Positions 46,590-57,751 of a DNA stretch of 64,000 nt are shown here, piece after piece (position 1 is the first letter of the stretch; each line of letters starts with the position of its first letter). The position numbers and the translations under genes were made by a program. Source of the stretch: Selaginella moellendorffii (Eukaryota > Plantae > Lycopodiophyta). The notes under the pieces were generated by a model. That model was not told where the DNA came from, ran no database searches, and saw only the letters and a list, made by a program, of their open reading frames with translations. The DNA lies in contig NW_003314278.1 in the NCBI RefSeq assembly GCF_000143415.4, positions 1,624,362 through 1,688,361 on the forward strand, given 5' to 3'.

Positions 46590-48540
46590 CTAAATTTGTT
46601 TCATTAGTAACTTTGCTCCATTTTTCTCCTCTGATTGGCCACAATCAGTTCTATATGGACTGGCAATTGCTCCATACAAGCCAATTCCTTACAACCAATC
46701 TTCTTAGGAAAATACTAATGGCACGGACAAGAAGCTCTTGGTTACCTCCGGAAGATCTGGATTTATATCTGGGCTGCTCTGTGAGCTTTACAAGCTTGAA
46801 TTGTGGCAAGAGCCACTGTTGTGCGATCCGGAGCGACGACAGTAAAATCAACTGTTGGGGGCTGTTGACCTAGACCAGCCATTCGAGTCAGTCTCATCGG
46901 GAATAGATTTCGACCCAAGATGGGAAGATAACTTGTTGGGGCCATCTCTCTCCTATACCAGAACCAGATCAAGGCTTCGCATCTCTGTTCGCGGGAGGCT
47001 ACTCCATATGTGGGATAACAAGTTCCACAAGAGATATACTTTGCTGGGGAGTAGATGCTTCGTACACTTACGCTCCACCTGTTAGGATGCTACCATATGT
47101 GTGGCATACGAGCGGATAGTCACCAGGTGGAGTGCTGGGGACAAAACAATGTTTATAAGCTCAAAGATGTCTCCTTTGCAGCCATTTCAGCTGGCGACTA
47201 TTATACCTGTGGTTTGACGTGGGATGGGCGTTTAGCAGTTCTTCGCTGGGGAGGATACAAGCAAGTATTGGGAAGTTAAGTCGGTGTCGCAAGGATCAAT
47301 ACCAGACTTCTAAGTATGGGTGTCCATCGCTAACAGATCGGGTGTGGTTGGAGTGTTCAGTGTGTACTGGTGATGATATTAAGCTTGTTCCGTGTGGGAT
47401 CGGCACTGATCGTGTGTGTGGGAAGCCATCTTTGGCTTCTCATCAAGCAGAAGTTAAGAACCAGAGAAAACTATCCCTTATGCTATTGTGTGTGATCATC
47501 ACGTTAATAATGTTGCCGTTTGCGCTCATTCTCATGGCTACGTTTTTGTGTTTTACATACATGAAAAAAGAGGAAGCTAGAAATGCTTGCTGACATTGAG
47601 AACGTCTCCAGGAACGAGATACTGTATATCTCCTCAGCAGAGCTGAGAGAGGCAACTAACAACTACAGCGATGAAATGCTTTTAAGCAAGGGTGCTTTTG
47701 GAAATGTTTACAAGGGAATGCTCCAGAATGGTCAGGAGGTTGCTATCAAGCAAGCGAAGCTGTCTAACAGGTACTTGATTAAACTCAAAGTTGATATCTC
47801 CCTGATGAAACCAATTTATCAGGTCAGAGAAAATGTTTAAGAATGAACTGCAGATCCTCCCGAGAGCTCACCACTCATGCTGAACTGGATTGGATACTGT
47901 GAGGTGGACAGCTTTGAGTTCATGCCCAAAGGAACTCTTTCTCAAAATATGGGTAAGCCGGATAAGAACCGCTGAACAGGCAGCTCGAGGCCTTGAGTAT
48001 CTTCACAGGTATGCATGACCAAGCATCATTCACAGGGACGTGAAATTATCAAACATCCTTCTCGACTACAACTGGAATGCTCATGACTCGAACTTTGGCC
48101 TTCCCTCACTCGAATGAAGCCAGTGGAACAACCATCACAATCGCTGGCAAACCCGGTTACTTGGATCCCGAGTGGTTCCTCTCTCCGCCTCACAGCCAAG
48201 AGCGATGTTTACAGCTTTGGAGTGGTTCTTCTAGAGTTACTCTCCTGCAAGAAGCCGATTCTTCGAGAGATATCCAGGACTTGGTAGCTTGCGTGCTTGA
48301 TCGCGTCAGACGTGACGAGTGGAACTCGGTGCTAGATCAAAAGTTGACACTGCCTCCACGGCTGGAGCCTTTATACGATGCAGTGAAACTTAGTTTGGAG
48401 TGTACCAAGATCAAAACCAAGATTAGGCCAACTATGAGCGACGTTGCTAAGAGGCTAGAAGAGATATTGGAAGTGATGCTGGTCACTCCTTCCTTGAGTT
48501 CCACTGGAACTACAATGGTGTCCCTTGTCCAAGTAATGGG
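46590..48540 (+). pseudogene. CRINKLY4-like RLK pseudogene (tandem duplicate of the 43533 gene)
   Basis: Collinear with 43533-45732 (SLNCGKSHCCAIRSDDSKINCWG, SAELREATNNYSDEM) but with many frameshifts and stops. Confidence 0.9.
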
Positions 48541-48602
48541 AGTTTTTGGAGATTGCAACGTCTGGTCAACTCTGGTCCGACACCTCGACTGGTCAACGTC
48601 AG

Positions 48603-50270
48603 TCAAGACCCTGTCTTGGTTTGTATCATGCTAGACAACAGCAAGTACGGAGAAGAGTTTCTTGGGATCAACCCAGACGCTTGTCTCGCAGCTCTCTCCC
48701 CAGGCGTCGCATCGCCGTGGATCTTGGAGCAGCCAAGCAGCGACGTCCACATTGTCACATCCGGCTGGAATGGCATTGTATCCACGAGCTCCTCCGCATC
48801 CCGGATTTTGCCCGACGTCCCTAGCAGCGTGATCATGCAGCAATAGTGCTCGGACCCCGGCTCGATCGATCTGTCCGGCTTCATCGATAGAAACTGGCTT
48901 TGGCTCTCGTCCAGCAGCCCCATATGGCAGCACGCCGTGAGTACGCCAAGCATTGTCGTGGAATTGGGCTCTAATCCCTCTTGGTCAATCTTTCGGAAGA
49001 GCTCCAGCGAGAATCTTGACTTTCGATTCTCGGCGTAGGCGTAGATCATGGTGTTCCAAGTCACGATATTGCGTTCTGGCATTTCATCGAAGAGCCTCTG
49101 CCCGATCCGCAAATGACCAGTCTGAGCATATGCTGCAACAACCGCTGTCCAGGAGACGATGTTTCGATCAGGCATTGCGTCAAAGACTTCTCTCGCCTGC
49201 TCAAGCTCGCCACAGAACACAAATCCAGTGATCATTGTGTTAAACGCCACCAGACTCTTCTCTGGCATTCCATTAAAGAACTTCTTCGCTTCTTCAATAT
49301 GCCCATTCTGGGCATAAGATGACATTAGTGCCGTCCATGCCACTATGTCTCTCTCTGGCATCTTCTCAAACAGGCGTTTACATTCCTCTAGCTGCCCGTA
49401 CTCTGCGTACGACACGATCATAGTCGTCCACGTCACGATGTTTTTGAACGGCATCGCGTCGAAAGCATCTCTAGCCCGTGAGAGATGCCCGGCTTGGGCA
49501 TATGCTTGGACAATGGAGGTTGAAGTTATAACGCTCGCCTCTGGTGCCTTCTCAAACATCGTCACGGCATCATGGAGCTCGCCAAGGTTGGCATAAGCGG
49601 TGATCATCGTCGCCCACGAGATTAGATCGCGCTGGGGCATCCGATCGAACACCTCCTTGGCATCGGCCAATCGCCCACCAAGAGCAAACGCCTGGATCAT
49701 CGAGTTCCAGGTGACAATGTCGCGGTCGGGCATTGTCTCGAAGAGATCTCTCGCGTTTTCCAAGTAGCCATTCTCCGCGAGAGCCGTGATCACGGTGTTG
49801 CAAGTCACAACCGAGTGCTCGGGCATCCGAGCGAACAGGGCCTTGGCCGCTTGCAAATGCCCGTTTTGGACGCTCGCGTTCAGGATGATCCCCCAGGAGA
49901 ACTCGTTCGGGGATTCGATGGCGTCGAAGACGCGGCGCGCAGATTCGATGCTGCCACACTTGCCATACATCTCGATGAGGAGATTATTGAGGTAGAGGCT
50001 GCTCTTGTGCTTGGTCGCAAGGATCTTGTCGTGGGCTCGCCGGGCCGCTGCCAAATCCCTGGAAGCCCCACACGATCTGATGATCCGAGCGTAGAGCGCG
50101 AGATCTGTGAGATCCAAGGGGTCTGTGACGCCCGTGAACTCGAGGTTGTAGTTCCCAGGAGGCATTCGCACGCCCACCGCCATTGGAGCATGGCTTAGGG
50201 CAAAGTGTTGTCTGATGTGGCGAGTACGTGTCAAACGGAGTTGACGTGGATCAAGGAAAGTCTGCCACAT
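48603..50270 (-). CDS. PLS-class PPR protein with E domain (start may be 50183)
   Basis: LIEMYGKCGSIESAR, repeats, MPFQPDVTMWTSLLG. Confidence 0.9.
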   Translation of the reverse strand: MWQTFLDPRQLRLTRTRHIRQHFALSHAPMAVGVRMPPGNYNLEFTGVTDPLDLTDLALYARIIRSCGASRDLAAARRAHDKILATKHKSSLYLNNLLIEMYGKCGSIESARRVFDAIESPNEFSWGIILNASVQNGHLQAAKALFARMPEHSVVTCNTVITALAENGYLENARDLFETMPDRDIVTWNSMIQAFALGGRLADAKEVFDRMPQRDLISWATMITAYANLGELHDAVTMFEKAPEASVITSTSIVQAYAQAGHLSRARDAFDAMPFKNIVTWTTMIVSYAEYGQLEECKRLFEKMPERDIVAWTALMSSYAQNGHIEEAKKFFNGMPEKSLVAFNTMITGFVFCGELEQAREVFDAMPDRNIVSWTAVVAAYAQTGHLRIGQRLFDEMPERNIVTWNTMIYAYAENRKSRFSLELFRKIDQEGLEPNSTTMLGVLTACCHMGLLDESQSQFLSMKPDRSIEPGSEHYCCMITLLGTSGKIRDAEELVDTMPFQPDVTMWTSLLGCSKIHGDATPGERAARQASGLIPRNSSPYLLLSSMIQTKTGS

Positions 50271-50323
50271 GGAATGCCAGACGTGTTAGGAAGTTTGCCA
50301 CATGGAATGCTAATTGGGCGCCA

Positions 50324-52039
50324 ATGTGGCGCCCATGTTTTAGGGTTCTTGAGAATGTGGATTTCTTCGCGAGGGCGGTGCGGCTGTGTGGCGATGTTAG
50401 GGATTGCCTCCAGGCGCAATGGCTGCATCGCCGGATTCTCCAGAGCGGCCAGATCAAGAACAGGTACCTCGCAAATCTGGTGGTGGAGATGTATGGCAAA
50501 CTTGGCATGGTGGAAGAAGCGCGCGGCGTCTTTGACGCCATCGCGCAGCCGAATCTCTTCTCCTGGACGATCATCTTGAATGCCTACGCCCAGAACGGAT
50601 TCGTGGAGGCAGCGCGAGAGATTTTCCGGGAGATGCCTCAGAGGGATGTGGTGGCGTGGAACGCGATCGTCCAGGCGCATGTTCTTGACGGGAATCTGGG
50701 CGATGCGCGGCGGCTGTTTGATCTGATGGAGAGGAGGGATGCCGTGTCCTGGACGATCATGCTTGCGGCATACTCGGAGCTGCGTGACGCTAGTAAATCC
50801 GAAGAGATCTTCGAGAGGATGCCGGAGTGGACGAGATCATCCACGAATGCGATGCTTGCAGCATATGCCCAGACTGGGCATTCCAGAGAAGCGAGGAGCT
50901 TCTTTATAGCTATGCCTGAGAAGGACGCTATCTCCTGGGACACGCTCCTCTCGGCGTATGCTTACGATCGATACTGGAGGGCGGTGCTCGCTACTTTCGA
51001 TCGCATGCCACAGCACTGCGAGTTCTCGTGCTCGCTGTTGATCGGGGCCTTCGCGCAGACGAAACGAATCGAGGAGGCGCGAGGCCTCTTTGATCGCATT
51101 CCTGCGAAGAGCGTGGTGATCGAGAGCGCGATGCTGGACGTCTATGCCCAGAGTGGGAACCTGGAGGAAGCGAAGATCTTCTTCGATGGAATGACGCAGA
51201 GGAATGTGGTGTCCTGGAACACCGTCTCTGGAGCGTATGCCCAGTTCGGGTATATGGATCTGGCAAAGGTGGTGTTTGAGAAAATCCCAGCTTGGAGCAT
51301 CGTTTCCTGGAACGTTTTTCTGCAAGGATTCTCCTCGGCTGGAAAACTCGACGAGGCCATGGAAGTTTTCGAGACCATGCCGCAACGCAACGCTCTTTCG
51401 TGGGTTGGCGCGATCATGGCCTATGCGCAGCTCGGGCATATCAAGAGGGCGATGCAAGCTTTCGAGGCGATGCCGCTCCAAAACATGGTTTCGTGGATGA
51501 TCATGGTGGTGGCCTACGCCGAGAAGGGACACATATCCGAGGCGAGGAGATTGTTCCAGACGGTTCCTCGGCAGGAGAGCCTCTCCTGGAGCTTCGTGGT
51601 GGTGGCTTACTCGTTCATCGGAGCTGGAAGGGAGGCTCTCGAGGAGTTTTACAGGGTCGATCTGGAAGGGATCAAGCTTGACAGCGTGATGTTCTGCCGG
51701 ATCCTCCACGCTTGCTCCCACACGGGGCTCGTGGACGAGGCACTCTACTTCTTTAGTGTCATGGTGGAGCGTGGAGTGGCAGTGGAACAGGAGCACTACA
51801 ACTGCATTGTGGATATCTTGGGACGAGCAGGAAGGCTGGAGGAGGCCGAGGAGGTGCTAAACAGCTTGCCTCGCCTGGCTCCACACCTGGCGGGATGGCA
51901 GAGCTTGCTGAGCTCTTGTAAGATCCAAGCCGATGCCAGGCGTGGAGCTAGAGCTGCGCTGCGTGTGATCCAGTCCAGCCCCGGCTGCTCGTCTGGATAC
52001 TCGCTTCTCGCAAACGTTCTCAAGTTTTCTTCCAGTTAA
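50324..52039 (+). CDS. PLS-class PPR protein with E domain, divergent from the previous PPR
   Basis: VVEMYGKLG, repeats, HYNCIVDILGRAGRLEEA; first in-frame ATG at 50324. Confidence 0.9.
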   Translation: MWRPCFRVLENVDFFARAVRLCGDVRDCLQAQWLHRRILQSGQIKNRYLANLVVEMYGKLGMVEEARGVFDAIAQPNLFSWTIILNAYAQNGFVEAAREIFREMPQRDVVAWNAIVQAHVLDGNLGDARRLFDLMERRDAVSWTIMLAAYSELRDASKSEEIFERMPEWTRSSTNAMLAAYAQTGHSREARSFFIAMPEKDAISWDTLLSAYAYDRYWRAVLATFDRMPQHCEFSCSLLIGAFAQTKRIEEARGLFDRIPAKSVVIESAMLDVYAQSGNLEEAKIFFDGMTQRNVVSWNTVSGAYAQFGYMDLAKVVFEKIPAWSIVSWNVFLQGFSSAGKLDEAMEVFETMPQRNALSWVGAIMAYAQLGHIKRAMQAFEAMPLQNMVSWMIMVVAYAEKGHISEARRLFQTVPRQESLSWSFVVVAYSFIGAGREALEEFYRVDLEGIKLDSVMFCRILHACSHTGLVDEALYFFSVMVERGVAVEQEHYNCIVDILGRAGRLEEAEEVLNSLPRLAPHLAGWQSLLSSCKIQADARRGARAALRVIQSSPGCSSGYSLLANVLKFSSS

Positions 52040-52972
52040 GGCGCGGTTCCTTCTTCCTTCTTGGATGCGCGTGAGGCCGCCGACTTCAAGCCGCCAGTTT
52101 TGAAGAGGTGAGTGTTTTCACTTCTTTTCTTTTCCATTTTGTTGTCGAAATGATCGGTGATGGTGCTCTGGCAGATTTGGACGACAAAGGCAACGAGTGG
52201 GACGTTTTGATGGTGATGACCACTTCATCGACGTCTGGTACTTTTATCACAGCTGCACAGGGTCGGCCGATGTCCAAAGTGACTCATGACTTTCGAGAAG
52301 AACACCAGGTATTCAAAGAGCACACGAGTACTGACCTTTTCTTTCCAGATCTTTGTAGGGTCCTAGTGATGCAAGAAGAAGATGGACGCAATCCATCCCA
52401 CAGACAACCAGAGCAGCAGGCAATCTCTTTCGGGTAAGGAAACCAAAGATTCGCTTGATTCTTTTAAGACACTCGTCCAGTCAGGAGGCACGACCATTCC
52501 AAACTTTGAAACGACGCAAAACTGGTGATGCGCGGGCTGACGAAACAACCGAGTAGGATATCCAGTCCTCGCAGAACAAGAAAAGAGAATTTTTTCTGTA
52601 CGGCGCCATATGTACGACGCGTTTTTCTTCTTTTTGTGAACCACACAAACACTGTAAACTCCTGCGGCCGCACACCACAGCTGGTCGTCACAGGCTTGTT
52701 TCTCGTTTCGTAGCGCTTGGGTGTCGCTCGTTTTTTATTCCTTTTCGTTGCGATCTTTCCTTCGTCCCGGTGACACATAAACACAAGCACTTAAAAGCTC
52801 TTCGAGATCATTTCGAGTTCCCCACATCTTCGCCCTTCTCAACACCTCGCAAAGGGAGATCCCTTTCCTCTTGCGATCTTGGAGGCCGATCCAGCGACCC
52901 TTTGGAGGAATTTGGGAGCCCATCATCGTTTCCCAGCAGCCCAGTTCCGCGATCCGCCGATCCAGCCTGGTC

Positions 52973-54660
52973 ATGCGCACGCGTTTCAAGGGGCTGGTCA
53001 AGAGACTGCTCTTGAGATCGTCGAGAAAGGACCAGATCGTTGGCTCGTTCAGGGACAGTGGTCTTCTCAGGCTGGCCTCGTCCTCAACGGGGAACAACGC
53101 GAGGATGATCCTCGTCCAATCCCAGGAGCTTGGAGACATGGAGGAGAACGACGCGGTATCGGATCAACCTCTGGAGGACAATTCCTTGGATAGTTTCCAC
53201 TCGTGCAAGACTTCCATCTCCTCGAGCGATCACCTCCCGATTCATGGTCATCCAGCGGCAGTAGAAGATTCAACAGCATCCTTCAATCTCCGGATTTATG
53301 CCGTGACTTGGAACATGAATGGCAAGGTATGAATATCGAATCTCTCAACGTTCCTTTTTGTTCTTACACTGTGACTCCCAGATCCCACACGACTCTCTTC
53401 CCAAGCTTCTAGAAAACGGGAGAGGTGACTACGATTTATACGTGATTGGGATCCAAGAATCGCCAGTTTCTTCGCTGAGGCGTGTTCTTCATCCCATTCT
53501 CGGCAAACAGTACAGGTATGCTTTCTCGAGTCTTTCTTTCGTAGGTAGTGTGATCTTTCCCATTTCTAGCCATAGCGTAGCAATGTTTTCGGTTCTTTAG
53601 ATTTGTGTGACACATTTTCGTGAAATGTCAACTGAATTCTCGAGAGATGGGATTTTGACTTGGTGGCTCTTTTCTGCACAGCTTTGTGGCAAAGTCAGTG
53701 ATGGGCTCGCTGCAGCTCTACGTGTTCGGGAAATGTTGGCTGCAACATCACATATCCGGTAAGCTTTGCTGACTTTTTCCGCGAATGAATCTATTTTTCA
53801 TTCTTTTTTCCTGAACTCACTGGAGAGTTTGTTTATTTTTCTTGCTCCCCACGGGCAAACAGCCAAGAAAGTTGATAAAGTTCGATTCAAGGGCTTTGGT
53901 GGAGTTGTAGGAAGGCAGAAAGGCGCTGTAGCCGCGTCCTTTTGTATCGGCAATTCATCCTTCCTCTTCATTGCGTCCCACTTTGCCGGTAAGAAAGAAG
54001 AACTTGCTTCCAAAAACTGTTTCTAAACACGAAAACACAGCTCACGAGAAGAAGGTGAACGAGAGGCACGTTCAGTACTCGCGAACCCGGCAAAAGATCT
54101 TTTCGCGGCCGAGCACCTCACAAGAACAGCCCGGCAGCAACTTCATGGACGAGTCCGACGTTGTGGTCTGGCTCGGAGATCTAAACTATAGAATCGAAGG
54201 CAGCAGAGGTCTCGTCAAATCGTTCGTGAAACAAAACCTTGAGAAGGTACGATACAAAATCTTTCCTTTTTGGTTTTCATGGTTTCTTCCTTGTGGATCA
54301 CAGCTGCTATGGAAACGCGATCAGCTCTTCAACGCAGTGGACAAAGGCGAGGTCTTTAATGGATTCGTGGAAGGACCTCTCGAGTTTAAGCCAACTTACA
54401 AGTACGATGTTGGAACGGACGACTATGATACGAGTGGCAAGGTTTGTGAATATTTCTGCTATGGATATTTGCAGCTCACAGTTTCGTGTGTTGTCTACGA
54501 TCAGGAAAGGGTTCCATCCTGGACAGATAGAATTCTTCTCAAGATTAGAGATGAGAGCTCTATCAGCCTGGATGTTGTCAACTATCAGTCAATCGATTCT
54601 TTGCGGAGTTCCGATCACAGGCCTGTCAAGGCACTTCTTCGCGTCACCAATCTCAGCTAG
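52973..54660 (+). CDS. Inositol polyphosphate 5-phosphatase (5PTase11-like), multi-exon
   Basis: VTWNMNG, WLGDLNYRI, FKPTYKY, PSWTDRIL, SDHRPV. Confidence 0.92.
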
Positions 54661-54991
54661 AGCAAGTCCCCGACTCTCCAAAGTTTTGACACATACTTGT
54701 GACATAAAAAGGTTGTAATTTTCTATACGTCCATATCTCTCCCATGCTGAAGATCATGGGAGGTGGATTTTAATGAGATTTCACTTTCAACTTTAGTCGT
54801 GAGGGGATACAAATCGTTCTTGAAGGCATGAATGTCCGAGCTCGTGACTCTCGTGGGAAGAAAAAGCTTTGTTTTTTTTCCCTCTGTTTGTGTAAGGGAT
54901 GGAAGCCCAGACAGAGCTCACATTTCTCGCGTGGGCATACGAAGCTCTAGTATAAATCCAGTGTGGATAACTTGGATCATTCATTGGAGGC

Positions 54992-56597
54992 ATGGAATCG
55001 TCCTGTGGAGTACTTCTCCTTGTACTCATCGCTGCCGCGGCGAAAGCTTTCGCTGCTGCTCCAGCGTCCATCGACTGGCGAGCCAGGGGTGCCGTGACGC
55101 CAGTGAAATCCCTTGGAAACAACTGCTCAGGTGAGCTTCTTACAAGAGTTTCTCATGGATTTGATTCATGGGTCGAGTTCCAGATGGGAGCTGGGCATTT
55201 GCAACCGCTGCTGCCGTGGAAGGAGTCCACTACATTGCGACTGGACAGCTCGTGGACCTCTCGGCCCAGCAGCTCCTCGACTGTGACACGGCCTATGGGA
55301 ACTCAGGTTGTAGCAAAGGCTTCCCCCAGAACAGCTTCCCCTATCTCGAGGAGGGTGCCGGCTTGCACAAGGAGGCCGACTATCCTTTCACTGGAAGCTC
55401 TGGCTCTTGCAAGAAGAAGGTTGCCCTCGATCGAAAGCTATCCATGATCTCGATGATGGTATCTTATTTTGTAGGATGGTCTCGTGGTCACTATCGACGG
55501 CTTTGACAACCTCTGGGGTTCCAGCAGCGACGCCGAGATGGTCGAGCGCGTAGCCAAGCAGCCAGTGACAGCTCTAGTGGACGGAGACGCTGACGCTTTC
55601 AAGAAGTACAAGAGTGTAAGTTCCTACTTTCGATTCATCCAAAGAATGTGAGTCGAGAACTTGTTCTTCGTTCTTGCAGGGCATTTTCAAGGGACCTTGC
55701 TCGGAGGACAAGCCCCGGCTGGCGGTCCTCATCGTCGGCTATGGCTCGGAAAAGGGCGAGGACTACTGGATCATCAAGAACTCCTGGGGGACTTCGTGGG
55801 GCGAGAATGGCTACATGAGGATCCAGCGCGGCAACCACGGTCTCCCCTATGGGCGATGCGCGATTAACTCGTTCGTCTACTACCCGACCAAAGCTCCCTC
55901 CACCACCGGCTCTACCGACGGCCTCGTCGGCTGGTGGGAAATGAACGAGAGAAGCGGCAGCGTCGCCAAGGATTCCTCGTCCAGCAACGCCGCGGGAACC
56001 ATCTCCGGCGCGTCGTGGAGCTCGAGTAGCGGCCTCACTTTCAGGGGCTCGGGGAGAGTTTTCTGCGGTGGCGGGGCATCGCTGTGCGGCAAGACGCCAT
56101 TCACGCTCGTTGCATGGGTGAAGATCGCCGCGTCTTTCAGATCCAAAGGCGTGATCATGCAGCAGCGAGGCCCCGGGAACTGGAACGGGAAGGTGACAAC
56201 CGATGGCTATAATGGCGAGTACCAGCTCTACGTCCAGGGTGGCAAGCCGAGCTTCTGGGTGTACGGCGATTTCGCCGACCAGTTCCGTTTCTCGGCCTCG
56301 GCGTCCGTGAATGACGATCGGTGGCACCAGGTCGTGGCGGTGAGGCAGGGAAACCAGGGTCTTCTCTACGTGGATGGAGAGCTCTCCGGATCGGCCAGCG
56401 GCGAAGCGAAGAACTTGGTGTCCAATCTCCCGGTTTACCTTGGGTGTGACTGCCGGGACAACGTTGACTTCTTCACTGGATCTCTCTCGGGCTTGAGGAT
56501 TTATAACCGAGCTCTCTCGGCTGACGAGATCAAGCAGCTCAAGGCAAGCAGTGCACCGAGTGCTAGCGATACCACGTTGCTCCACTCAACTGGTTGA
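54992..56597 (+). CDS. Secreted papain-fold (C1A) pseudoprotease fused to a LamG/ConA-like domain, 477 aa; exons 54992-55130, 55184-55419, 55475-55615, 55680-56597
   Basis: [38 protein letters not shown], then [39 protein letters not shown]. Confidence 0.9.
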
Positions 56598-56763
56598 GAA
56601 CACTCTTTTTTGCCTTTCAATCAAAAAGTTGACCGCCTTTTGAAGTACAATAACCTTTAGTTGACAAAGTTTATCTTGAAATTTCTTAGTTCCATTTCAT
56701 TAGATTCAAATCTAAATAAAAATTAAATGCAGATATGAAGATCACACACAATTAGTTTACATT

Positions 56764-57528
56764 TCAAAACATGGGTGATCTTATTGGGATACCTTTCCTT
56801 GCCCGCTTTCTAAATCCTTGAAGAGCAGGAGCTTGACGCTTGTCATGCTCGACAGTATTACAAGGGGCACTAAACACATGTACTGCCTCGTCCATTATCC
56901 TCGCACGAACTTGCTCAATGGAGCTTTGCTCTGGCTGCTTTCGTTTCCTGTTGGATGGAGCCTTTTTCGCCTTGGGAGCCCTAGGTCGATCCTTTGGCTG
57001 GACCTTAACGACCCGGGCTTGATGATCGTTGAGCTCACTTCTCGGTGGGGCGACCTCGCCAAAAGGTGGCGGAATGTTCTTCTCCTGACCCTGATCGACT
57101 TGGGCTTGCTGATGCGCGACGAACCCTTCACACTGGAGCTTGCAGTAGAGCGAGCAGTAGAGAGCTCCGTGCAGCACCCTCTTGCAGTGGCGGCATAGTA
57201 CCGAGTTTTGCACCTCTATTCCTCGGGGCCTGGCGTGGAGATAAAAGATTGGGCCTCCGTTGATGATAAACGTCTCCAGCCCCGACGTATCGATGAGGCG
57301 CTCCGCCTCATACGCCTTGAGTGCAGTAAGGCGGCCTGAGATTACGATCTGCAAAGCGTTTCGGGGATCGCAAGTCCGGTGATCCTTTTTGCATTCTTGA
57401 CACAGGGACACTAAGCACTGCTTGCAGAAGAAGCTCTTCTTGCGTTTCCCGGATGTGCAGTTGGCGTGGAGTTCACACACTGTGAAGAAGTCCGTCACGT
57501 TCAACAGAGCTTGCAACCACGACGCCAT
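56764..57528 (-). CDS. PLATZ zinc-binding transcription factor, intronless
   Basis: WLQALL..FFTVCELH..FCKQC..LCQEC..H, ETFIING, CRHCKRVL..YCSLYCK, RKRARKGIPIRSP. Confidence 0.9.
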   Translation of the reverse strand: MASWLQALLNVTDFFTVCELHANCTSGKRKKSFFCKQCLVSLCQECKKDHRTCDPRNALQIVISGRLTALKAYEAERLIDTSGLETFIINGGPIFYLHARPRGIEVQNSVLCRHCKRVLHGALYCSLYCKLQCEGFVAHQQAQVDQGQEKNIPPPFGEVAPPRSELNDHQARVVKVQPKDRPRAPKAKKAPSNRKRKQPEQSSIEQVRARIMDEAVHVFSAPCNTVEHDKRQAPALQGFRKRARKGIPIRSPMF

Positions 57529-57751
57529 AACTCTCGTAAAGGAAATGTGTCTTCCTTTAGCTCTCCACTATTTACATACTATGTAAAATACACTTTCTAA
57601 ATTAAAACACCTTTTCAAATATTCTTTAGAATATTTGAAAAGGTGCTTTAATTTATATTTTATGGTGGTTAAGAATATTAACAATAAAAAAATCTTTACG
57701 TAAGCGTAGCATTTCCACTGCATGCTGGACATCTTGTCGAGGGGGATGGTC

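Noticed and set aside
55635-56585. 316-aa minus-strand ORF, and similar long antisense ORFs over the UGTs and PPRs (e.g. 22937-23722, 50837-51796, 13581-14486)
   Set aside because: Shadow ORFs caused by GC-rich codon usage of the sense genes; no domain signal.
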